Virus record (IMG/VR): IMGVR_UViG_3300024232_000045
Span: 1 to 35,017 of that record
Source of the DNA: a virus
Taxonomy: Duplodnaviria > Caudoviricetes
DNA: 35,017 nucleotides
Direction: 5' to 3' (one strand)
The position numbers were made by a program, and so were the translations under genes. Shown one piece after another: positions 15,608 through 23,184 of the stretch (position 1 is the stretch's first letter; every line of letters begins with the position of its first letter). The notes under the pieces were generated by a model. That model was not told where the DNA came from and did no database searches. It saw nothing but the letters and a program-made list of their open reading frames with translations.

Positions 15608-15804
15608 CGAAAGAAGAAATTCAGGAAGAGTATAATAAATTAACCGCAGTCTTCGGAGAAAAGGTTTACCGAGCTTTTATTCCACTACTTGAAATCGTGT
15701 CTTGCGGGCAGAGGTTGATGCACCTTAATCAAGAAATGTTTCGTATCCGACAAGAGGAAACGCAGGCATGTCAGGCAAAACTAAAAGCGGTGGATACGAA
15801 GTAA
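15604..15804 (+). CDS. Hypothetical protein
   Basis: Overlapping start; helical composition. Confidence 0.6.
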   Translation: MTKEEIQEEYNKLTAVFGEKVYRAFIPLLEIVSCGQRLMHLNQEMFRIRQEETQACQAKLKAVDTK

Positions 15805-15977
15805 TCGAAGAATCAAAGATTAAGGAAGTAGTAGACCTATTCGTCGATTTCTCCGAAGAAAAGAAATTGCCGGCAAAAGTAGTAATGCTAGCGATGGAAT
15901 TTATCGTTGCAAAGATAAAGAGCCACTTGGAAATCGAAACAGTAACCGTAACTACAGAAAGCGACACACGCCATTAG
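15768..15977 (+). CDS. Hypothetical protein
   Basis: In operon orientation; GAGG upstream. Confidence 0.55.
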   Translation: MSGKTKSGGYEVIEESKIKEVVDLFVDFSEEKKLPAKVVMLAMEFIVAKIKSHLEIETVTVTTESDTRH

Positions 15978-16002
15978 CCTCTGGAGTAGTCATAAAGCCG
16001 GG

Positions 16003-16242
16003 ATGTGCGACACGATAACGTGCCACTACTGCAAAGACAGTGCGGCAACGGGTGCGGTGACACGTGGGCGGGGATGGGACGGGAATTGCCACGCCTGTGA
16101 GATGCCGGTGCAACAAGAGTATGTAGGGCAGATTGGCCCCTACTGGATTTGCGATGCGTGTATAAGGGACCATTTTCCAAACGAGCAGTACAGCGTCAAT
16201 CAGGCCGCTGAAATCTTAGAAAGACTACGAGGATTCGCCTAA
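16003..16242 (+). CDS. Cys-rich Zn-binding protein
   Basis: Three CxxC pairs (CHYC, CHAC, CDAC); stop coupled to the next ATG. Confidence 0.6.
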   Translation: MCDTITCHYCKDSAATGAVTRGRGWDGNCHACEMPVQQEYVGQIGPYWICDACIRDHFPNEQYSVNQAAEILERLRGFA

Positions 16243-16688
16243 TGTTTTGGGATAAAAAGAAACCAGCTAATACGAAGTTCACGAGTAAAGAGACGATCGT
16301 AAACCAAATCAATGAACCTCGCCCACTCCCTATGAACTCTGATGAGTTCCATATCTGGGCAAAAAGAATTATCTCGGGCGCACTGGTCCCTCGGGCAACG
16401 GTGGAAAGCCAGAAATGGGTGCTCGCGAACCTATTACTCCACGTTGATTCGACCCAATCATTCAAACCGGATGCGTTCTTTATCCATAGCCTTAGAAAGA
16501 ATGCGGTCAATGAGACGGCTATCTTTGTAAGGGACCAAATCCATAAAGAGCAGAAAGCGCGCAAAGAAAAAGAAGAGCAGGAAAGAAAATTACATTTGGT
16601 GGAAGCACCAATCCTTAACCCTGGTGTTGTTGAACCGCAACCTACGGTGAAAGATGGGTCGCAAGTTCTGGCAGACAAAGGCGTTTAA
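16242..16688 (+). CDS. Hypothetical protein
   Basis: Translationally coupled ORF. Confidence 0.6.
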   Translation: MFWDKKKPANTKFTSKETIVNQINEPRPLPMNSDEFHIWAKRIISGALVPRATVESQKWVLANLLLHVDSTQSFKPDAFFIHSLRKNAVNETAIFVRDQIHKEQKARKEKEEQERKLHLVEAPILNPGVVEPQPTVKDGSQVLADKGV

Positions 16689-17037
16689 AAAACTAGCAAG
16701 GGTCTGGGAAGAAATCTTAGCCAAAGACCAAACGACGAACGCCGAGAAGTTGGTAAATGGGCGTTTGGTATTAAGGCAGGGCGCGACTAATTGCTATCGC
16801 CAGGCGAATGAAGTCGCGCGGGAGAATAAGCTTCGTTACTACGAATTATTGGGGGCGAACTTCCACAGAGAAGAATTCACGGATGATGTGGAAGCATTTG
16901 TAATGGAGCAAAGGGCGCATGGGATTAAGATCCAACGCATCTGCCTCGAACTTAAAGCAATGGGGGAGAGATGCCATCGGGAGACAGTAAGAGGAATCAT
17001 TAGAAAGTACGAACTTAAATGGGGGATAAAAAGATAG
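16654..17037 (+). CDS. Putative transcriptional regulator with C-terminal HTH
   Basis: 'FVMEQRAHGIKIQRICLEL...HRETVRGIIRKY' resembles a sigma region 4/LuxR-like HTH. Confidence 0.5.
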   Translation: MGRKFWQTKAFKKLARVWEEILAKDQTTNAEKLVNGRLVLRQGATNCYRQANEVARENKLRYYELLGANFHREEFTDDVEAFVMEQRAHGIKIQRICLELKAMGERCHRETVRGIIRKYELKWGIKR

Positions 17038-17453
17038 ACGAAGCAGCCTATAAGATCGTGCCGTATCTAGGGCGCATGCTTCCCGCCCAATACGTGAACC
17101 TTGTTATCTCGAGGTGGATGCGAAGCTATCGCTTTGGAAACGATTATCTTAAGCTCACCGATTCAGACCATTACTTCCAATCCTATAGCGTCTACATCAA
17201 CCGCATCCTCTATGCCCCTGAGACCGTAATAAGACTTGCCGTGTTAACAGATGACCCCGATGTAGCCCTAGGCTTTGCGGTATTTCGAGGACACACTCTA
17301 GACTACGTTCATGTGCACAAGGATTGTCGTAAGCAAGGGATTGCGAAATTTCTTTTAGGAGACCACGTAAAACAGTTTACTCACTTAACCCGCATCGGAA
17401 TGAAGTTATGGCCAACCAAGCTACCCGATGCCTTATTTACACCATTCGCCTAG
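17019..17453 (+). CDS. GNAT family acetyltransferase
   Basis: 'LGFAVF...LDYVHVHKDCRKQGIAKFLL' motif A (R/QxxGxA). Confidence 0.8.
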   Translation: MGDKKIDEAAYKIVPYLGRMLPAQYVNLVISRWMRSYRFGNDYLKLTDSDHYFQSYSVYINRILYAPETVIRLAVLTDDPDVALGFAVFRGHTLDYVHVHKDCRKQGIAKFLLGDHVKQFTHLTRIGMKLWPTKLPDALFTPFA

Positions 17454-17460
17454 AGGACCT

Positions 17461-17802
17461 ATGAGAATTGAACTAGAGTTTGCTGAATTACATACCGCGC
17501 TATTTTTAGGGGGAAAGAACCACGGACTAAAGCTACATAACGTCCGGCCAGGAGACCCTGAGCTAATCTATGACAGGGCAGAGAAAGAACTGTGGATTAG
17601 CCACAACAACAAAGTGGCAATTATCCCACTCTCTAACGTAGTAAGCATGACCCCGACCATCGAATCGCTTAAACCCCAACCGGAAGCCCAAGAGCCGGTA
17701 GTTCAAACCGTAAAGACAGCGAAGTTCCAAAAGACTATCTCAGCCCAAGTAAGCACTCCTACAAGCCACGTATTTAGGGGTGAGGGTGGAGGTGAGAAAT
17801 GA
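17461..17802 (+). CDS. Hypothetical protein
   Basis: ATG at 17461 with GAGG RBS; ends a small domain with 'IIPLSNVVSM'. Confidence 0.6.
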   Translation: MRIELEFAELHTALFLGGKNHGLKLHNVRPGDPELIYDRAEKELWISHNNKVAIIPLSNVVSMTPTIESLKPQPEAQEPVVQTVKTAKFQKTISAQVSTPTSHVFRGEGGGEK

Positions 17803-18260
17803 CCGAGGAAGAGCGCCAGAAGAAAATCTTAGCTATCCAGGCGCCAAGCATGCAAAAAATCATGTTGCGCCCGGAAAGCGAAGACGCCGCTTGGTGGGGA
17901 CGTCCCTTTCCAGAGAATTGGAAGGCCAGGCCAGACGCCCAAACAATGGAAGAGGCAGTAGGTACACGCTTACTTACCTACCAAGAGGCGAAGATTGAAC
18001 AAGCCATGCGTAATCATCGGGGGCAAAGCATGGGTGCTATTCATGCCGCCGCCTATGAAAAAGCATTAGCTAGTGGCGTAAAAATCCCAGCACACATGGT
18101 GGATGACCTACCCAGTAGCGTAAATCCAGCAAAAAAGGAGCGCGGTATCTTTGCTTTCTTACGCGTGAAGTTCAAAGACATAATGAAATGGTCTGGGCTA
18201 GATAAGCCCAAAGAATCTCTAATCGAGCGCGTTAGGCGAGAGGCAAGGATTGAAGAGTGA
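17799..18260 (+). CDS. Hypothetical protein
   Basis: GGAGGTG RBS; overlapping start/stop. Confidence 0.6.
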   Translation: MTEEERQKKILAIQAPSMQKIMLRPESEDAAWWGRPFPENWKARPDAQTMEEAVGTRLLTYQEAKIEQAMRNHRGQSMGAIHAAAYEKALASGVKIPAHMVDDLPSSVNPAKKERGIFAFLRVKFKDIMKWSGLDKPKESLIERVRREARIEE

Positions 18261-18612
18261 GCTCACATTCCTAATGGACCTCTTCTTAAATGAAGACGTG
18301 CCAGGACCCATTAGAACACTGATAGCAAAACGCATTAGAGAGGTTGAGGCATCTATCACAGCGCCCGCTATTGTCGTTCCACGTGGAACGCCTAGTCAGC
18401 CAGTAATTACCGCTCCGCCCGCGCCTATTGGCATCGCCCAACAATCCCCGAGCATGCAGCGCATTATGCAATCTCATCCTGAAGTGCCAGTAACACTTGC
18501 AACACCGGTAACACCAGCCGCATCGGAAGCGCTGCAAAAGCGTGCTGATATAATAAATGGGAGATTGAAGGAAAAGCCGGAGGCAGGGCGTACGGGGCCA
18601 CGAAAATTCTAA
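18250..18612 (+). CDS. Hypothetical Pro-rich protein
   Basis: In operon orientation just upstream of terS. Confidence 0.55.
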   Translation: MKSELTFLMDLFLNEDVPGPIRTLIAKRIREVEASITAPAIVVPRGTPSQPVITAPPAPIGIAQQSPSMQRIMQSHPEVPVTLATPVTPAASEALQKRADIINGRLKEKPEAGRTGPRKF

Positions 18613-18629
18613 ATTAGAGCGAGAAGAGA

Positions 18630-18962
18630 ATGCCATTTGAAAAGGGAAGGCAGAAAACGGGCGGTAGAAAACCAGGGGTGCCCAATAAGCGCACAGCGTT
18701 TGTGGAACAATTAGAGGCGCAGGGCTTCGATATTACCCAAGAGGCGATTAGGTTATTTCACGCATTAGAAGACAAAGATAAGACGCCGTTACTAGTTAAG
18801 ATGCTGGAGTTTGTTTTTCCGAAGAGGGCATCTAACGAGATAAGCATCGAAGACGCACAAAGGGTGCTAGAAGATGATCTCAGCGCAAAAGGGTTTAACG
18901 TTGGATCAGTTGTCTCTGGTATTGTTGAAAGCGTCGAAGGGAACGACGGCTCAAGAGATTAA
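18630..18962 (+). CDS. terS: Terminase small subunit (putative)
   Basis: 'FEKGRQKTGGRKPGVPNK' N-terminal motif; directly upstream of terL. Confidence 0.7.
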   Translation: MPFEKGRQKTGGRKPGVPNKRTAFVEQLEAQGFDITQEAIRLFHALEDKDKTPLLVKMLEFVFPKRASNEISIEDAQRVLEDDLSAKGFNVGSVVSGIVESVEGNDGSRD

Positions 18963-20379
18963 TCCCACCGTTCTTTTTGATCCGTCGTTCCCTCAGCAAC
19001 AAAACTTCATCAAAGATCCCGCAAAGCTAAAATTAGTCTCTTGCACTCGCCGTGCGGGTAAGTCCATGACCGCTGCCCTCTACATGGTCTATGAAGCGCT
19101 TACCAATCCTGGCTGCAATATTCTCGCAATCGGTCTTACACGTGAAAGCATTAAGAACATCATGTGGAAGGATTGCCTTCAGTTCTTAAACTATAAGTAC
19201 AAACTGAAAGCGCGGCCCCATCTCACTGACCTATCGATGACCTTCCCGAACGGTTCGATCATTCGCCTAACCGGTGTGGACGCGGATGAGAAAGAAAGCA
19301 CCAAACTACTTGGCGGTAAGTACCGGCTCGTGTGTATTGACGAAGGCTCGATGTACTCAATCGACTTGCGCAATCTCGTTTACGGCATTCTGAAACCCGC
19401 CATGACGGATCCAAACGCTGGCGGGCAGCGCGGCACGATTGCCATGATGGGTACATCAAGCAATTTTACTCGCGGGCTATTCTATGACGTGGCAAACGGA
19501 ATAGAGCCGGGTTGGAGCGTTCATACGTGGAGCGCGCATGATAATCCGTACATCGCAAAGCAGTGGCAAGAGGAGTTAGATGAGATAGCAGAAAAGCGAC
19601 CGCTCTACATGCAGACGCCGCAGTTTAAGCAGTGGTACTTAAACCAGTGGGTAGTGGATGAAGATAAGCTTTGCTATAAGTTTAATGAAAAGAAAAATAC
19701 TTATGTCGAGCGTCCTCCTCTATCTGGTGATGGTTGGACTTACGTTCTTGGTATCGACTTAGGATGGGAAGACGACACCGCTTTTGTTCTTACTGCCTTT
19801 CACGCTAATGACCCTCATCTATACGTGGTGGATTGTTACGCTCAGCGGTTCATGACGCTTCCTATGGTGGAAGCAAAGATTAAAGACTACATGGGGAACA
19901 CCGAGAAATCCCCAGCCCGCATTATTATCGATGGCGCAGCTAAACAATCGATTGAAACAATGCGCACGCGCACTCTTATCCCATTCGAGTATGCGGATAA
20001 GTTAGGCAAAGAAAGCTTTATCGAGCTACTTAATTCCGACCTTATCCAAGAGAAGATTAAGATTCACAAGAATTGCACGCCACTGATTAGTGAAATGATG
20101 TCTCTTGTGTGGCAAACCGAAGGGGATAAGGTCAAGCTACCGAAGAAAGAACATCCAAGTCTACCGAATCACTTATGCGATGCGCTCCTGTACAATTGGC
20201 GTATGTGCTATCACTACCATTCGGAACCGAAGGCCAAAGTTATCCCGCTATATTCGCCAGAGTGGTACAAGAAACAATCGGAAGAGATTTGGGAGAGGGA
20301 GCGGGAGATGTTAGAGAAAGCGGCCGGCCAATCAGGGGATTGGCCTACGGAAGATGTTCCTCGGGATTTTGTGTGGTAA
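18874..20379 (+). CDS. terL: Terminase large subunit
   Basis: Walker A RRAGKS, Walker B VCIDE, nuclease GIDLGWED and NHLCDAL. Exact start uncertain (89-nt overlap with terS). Confidence 0.95.
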   Translation: MISAQKGLTLDQLSLVLLKASKGTTAQEINPTVLFDPSFPQQQNFIKDPAKLKLVSCTRRAGKSMTAALYMVYEALTNPGCNILAIGLTRESIKNIMWKDCLQFLNYKYKLKARPHLTDLSMTFPNGSIIRLTGVDADEKESTKLLGGKYRLVCIDEGSMYSIDLRNLVYGILKPAMTDPNAGGQRGTIAMMGTSSNFTRGLFYDVANGIEPGWSVHTWSAHDNPYIAKQWQEELDEIAEKRPLYMQTPQFKQWYLNQWVVDEDKLCYKFNEKKNTYVERPPLSGDGWTYVLGIDLGWEDDTAFVLTAFHANDPHLYVVDCYAQRFMTLPMVEAKIKDYMGNTEKSPARIIIDGAAKQSIETMRTRTLIPFEYADKLGKESFIELLNSDLIQEKIKIHKNCTPLISEMMSLVWQTEGDKVKLPKKEHPSLPNHLCDALLYNWRMCYHYHSEPKAKVIPLYSPEWYKKQSEEIWEREREMLEKAAGQSGDWPTEDVPRDFVW

Positions 20380-20389
20380 CGAAGAGAAA

Positions 20390-20659
20390 TCAAATTTCCT
20401 CCGGCAGCATGAGATAGGCTTGGTGGGTAGCATCTTTCCGTCCATCTGCCTCAATAAAATTACCTTTTATTCCACCGGCTTCTTTTAAGAAAAAGACGCG
20501 CCCCTCCCGCCTCACCCATTCCTCGAATAGGGCGGGGAGTTTGGCGTTGGCTATATCGGCACAGTGGTCCGCTGAATCGCAACCAAATATCATGCCGGGT
20601 TCAAAATCCTCCGCCGTAAACCCGATGCCTTCAGGGAGTTTGATCATTTTTTCTGCCAT
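20390..20659 (-). CDS. Hypothetical protein (reverse-strand insert)
   Basis: GGAGG RBS; fills the gap after terL. Confidence 0.6.
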   Translation of the reverse strand: MAEKMIKLPEGIGFTAEDFEPGMIFGCDSADHCADIANAKLPALFEEWVRREGRVFFLKEAGGIKGNFIEADGRKDATHQAYLMLPEEI

Positions 20660-20859
20660 TCCCCCTCCCCTTCCAGGCGCGCGATTTCGGTGAGGGCATC
20701 ATTCGCCGGAAAGCCTTTATACTCGCTCTTATCGATCACTTCATTTTGCATAGTACGTGGATTAAATAATTTCCCCTCCCAACCGAAATTAACCTCCCAT
20801 TGAGAAAACTTTTGTAACGCATCCTTCGCGCAATTCAGCGCTTTTGTAAGCGAGTACAT
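20644..20859 (-). CDS. Hypothetical protein (reverse-strand insert)
   Basis: 'ALNCAKDALQKF...ANDALTEI' pattern of small phage proteins; may be fused to the upstream ORF. Confidence 0.5.
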   Translation of the reverse strand: MYSLTKALNCAKDALQKFSQWEVNFGWEGKLFNPRTMQNEVIDKSEYKGFPANDALTEIARLEGEGEWQKK

Positions 20860-20975
20860 TTATGATTCGCGTCGAGTAGGGCTTGGGCTAATTCGTCGGT
20901 CCAATCTGGAAAGGATGTGGCGCCGATGGATTTGGCTTTCTTTTGGTATAGCCTCACTCTCTCAATGATATCCAT
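20835..20975 (-). CDS. Short hypothetical protein (MDIIERVRLY...)
   Basis: Internal ATG chosen to avoid overlap with 21042..21260. Confidence 0.4.
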   Translation of the reverse strand: MDIIERVRLYQKKAKSIGATSFPDWTDELAQALLDANHKCTRLQKR

Positions 20976-20999
20976 AACACCGTACGTCATATCACACTT

Positions 21000-21019
21000 T
21001 CCGCCATTTTTGACCATTA
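21000..21019 (+). promoter_or_regulatory. Conserved motif copy 2 (TCCGCCATTTTTGACCATTA)
   Basis: 19/20 identical to 27711-27730; directly upstream of the head gene block. Confidence 0.6.
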
Positions 21020-21041
21020 TTGATAGCAAAAAGAGGTCAAA

Positions 21042-21260
21042 ATGCTCCCTTTCCTCAAAAAATCCCAAGAGGCCGGTCCGGTAAGTATGAGTGAACCGGT
21101 AGTGCGGGATTCGGATGGTGACTTTGATTCCATGGAAGTAGCAGCGCAGGACGTTATGGATGCGGTCCATTCTAAGAACGTAAAGGCTTTGGCCTCTGCA
21201 TTACGCGCCGCCTTTGAATTAGCTGACTCTGAACCACATGAAGAGGGTCCCCACGAATGA
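21042..21260 (+). CDS. Small acidic phage protein
   Basis: GAGGT RBS; first gene of the head block. Confidence 0.65.
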   Translation: MLPFLKKSQEAGPVSMSEPVVRDSDGDFDSMEVAAQDVMDAVHSKNVKALASALRAAFELADSEPHEEGPHE

Positions 21261-21781
21261 GTGCTCCATATTTGATTTTAAATCAGCCTCAGGTCTTTAA
21301 TGGCTTGGGTACGTTAAGCTTCACCATTCCCGCTACCGGCACTTATAACGTCGTGGGACAAGTCTTTGTTCCACAAGCCCTCCCGACTGGAGATGGGGCA
21401 GGATCCGGTCAAGGCTTGGGCTCTGGTGCCGGTGGCGGTGACCCCACGGGATTTAATAAAGGCGGCAATGGCACGGGCGTTGGTGGCGTGGGTCAAGGTT
21501 TCGGTCCTGTCGCTAACAACTATCCCCAGCCGCCTCAATACGGCAGTAACGCATCCACCGGTCCCGCTGTCAGCACCGGAATTAGCGTCGTCGTAAATAA
21601 GAACGCTTCCCCTATCTATACGATGCCGTCTATGAGCCCGACCCAATCGTCAGTGCAATTTAAATTCGCATTCCAGGCGGCAACTAGCGATGCAATTACG
21701 GTTGTGATTTCTAGTTCTACCGCTTCCGATGAAGTTTTGAACGGCGTTCTTTCAACTATCGCCATCCAACAGGGACAATAA
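21257..21781 (+). CDS. Putative virion beta-sandwich protein with Gly-rich insertion
   Basis: Paralog of 21784..22110 (NGLGT..., IYT, DAITxVxSSS). Confidence 0.6.
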   Translation: MSAPYLILNQPQVFNGLGTLSFTIPATGTYNVVGQVFVPQALPTGDGAGSGQGLGSGAGGGDPTGFNKGGNGTGVGGVGQGFGPVANNYPQPPQYGSNASTGPAVSTGISVVVNKNASPIYTMPSMSPTQSSVQFKFAFQAATSDAITVVISSSTASDEVLNGVLSTIAIQQGQ

Positions 21782-21783
21782 CC

Positions 21784-22110
21784 ATGGCTAATTTTCAAGC
21801 TCTCCAATCTATCAATGGACTAGGAACCTTCGCGCTCTTCACGGCACCTAGCGCCGGCATCTACTTCGTGAATGGCCAATTGATGCTGCCGTCGCTTACC
21901 GCAGGCTCTGGTGCCTCCCAAGTAGTTACGCTGGTGAAGCAGAATGGCTCGACCATTTATACGGGTATCGCAGGCGCTACCGGATTTCAGATTAACCAAA
22001 TCACTTGTGCGGCAGGCGACGCCATTACGGCAGTCTTAAGTTCATCGGCGGCACCGGACCAGGTTGAGAACGCGGTTCGTGGTGTAGTTGGTTGTGGGAA
22101 TTCTTTCTAA
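21784..22110 (+). CDS. Putative virion beta-sandwich protein
   Basis: Paralog of 21257..21781 lacking the insertion. Confidence 0.6.
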   Translation: MANFQALQSINGLGTFALFTAPSAGIYFVNGQLMLPSLTAGSGASQVVTLVKQNGSTIYTGIAGATGFQINQITCAAGDAITAVLSSSAAPDQVENAVRGVVGCGNSF

Positions 22111-22119
22111 GGAGATTCG

Positions 22120-22929
22120 ATGCCTCTCTTCAAAGGTAAATCCAAAGCGAAGTTCTCCCACAACGTGAAAGAAGAAATGGATGCTGGGAAACCACAAAAG
22201 CAGGCGCTAGCCATTGCGTACAAAATGAAACGCAAAGCGCACGGCGGAATGGTGAATCCCTATTCCAAAGAAGAGAGACACGGGAATGAAATCTCAGGTC
22301 CTGCGCAAGGACCTTATGGCCAAGAGGATTGTGAGCATGGTGGCCCAACCATGTGTGCGATGGGTTGTTATGCCGACGGTGGAGATATCAGTAAAGGCTT
22401 TAATGGTGCGCTAGGAATGCCCGGCATCCAAAGCTCGATTAAGAATCTTACTGGCAAGCCTAAGATGTATGCAAAGGGCGGTAGTGTTGAAGACGCCCGT
22501 GAAAAACAGACTGGTGTAAACATGCCGGTGCATACTGGTCGATATGGCGCTGGAACTTCCGCTGCTGGCGTGGAGGCGAAAAGAGGGAATGTGCAAGCTG
22601 CGCGTGGAATGCACAAGGATACTCTCGATGAGCTACGCGCCATGAAAGGTCCGCATGGTAATTACGCCGATGGCGGGATGATTGATCGGGTAATGAAGCG
22701 CGGTGGCTATTCCGAGGGCGGCAAGGTCGCTAACGAAGATGAAATCGAAGCGGGGTTCATGCCCAATGAATTCGATGACCTTCATTTGCGCGATGATTTG
22801 GAGAGTTCTTATACGGGGGCAAACAGTGGGGATGAGCTTTCCTCGCCGGGAGAAGACGAAAGACGGCGAGATATGGTGGATCGAATTATGCTTAAACGAC
22901 GTAAGCAAACCAATCCCCGGCCAGCCTAA
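22120..22929 (+). CDS. Disordered phage protein with repeated (Y)AxGG motifs
   Basis: N-terminal 'MPLFKGKS...GKPQKQALAIAY' phage motif; AHGG, YADGG, YAKGG, YADGG and YSEGG repeats. Confidence 0.7.
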   Translation: MPLFKGKSKAKFSHNVKEEMDAGKPQKQALAIAYKMKRKAHGGMVNPYSKEERHGNEISGPAQGPYGQEDCEHGGPTMCAMGCYADGGDISKGFNGALGMPGIQSSIKNLTGKPKMYAKGGSVEDAREKQTGVNMPVHTGRYGAGTSAAGVEAKRGNVQAARGMHKDTLDELRAMKGPHGNYADGGMIDRVMKRGGYSEGGKVANEDEIEAGFMPNEFDDLHLRDDLESSYTGANSGDELSSPGEDERRRDMVDRIMLKRRKQTNPRPA

Positions 22930-22932
22930 AGC

Positions 22933-23184
22933 ATGATCGAAAATCTTAAAGACCTAGAACGTCTTCTTAAACTCTGCCGCAAGCAAGGCATTACCGATAT
23001 CACGCTAAATGGTGTCTCGGTAAAGTTTGGAGAATTACCAGAGCAACGTCTTGCCACAACGCAAGAGGAAGAAATCGAGGAGAAGTACGCTGACTTCCCA
23101 GACGATGTTCTTTCTGCCGAAGAGCTAACGTTTTTCGCAAATGGTGGCAGACCGGAAGATAATCCGTATAGGCGGGAACAATGA
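22933..23184 (+). CDS. Small hypothetical protein preceding portal
   Basis: 'LKDLERLLKLCRKQGITDI' N-terminus; ATGA overlap with portal. Confidence 0.65.
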   Translation: MIENLKDLERLLKLCRKQGITDITLNGVSVKFGELPEQRLATTQEEEIEEKYADFPDDVLSAEELTFFANGGRPEDNPYRREQ

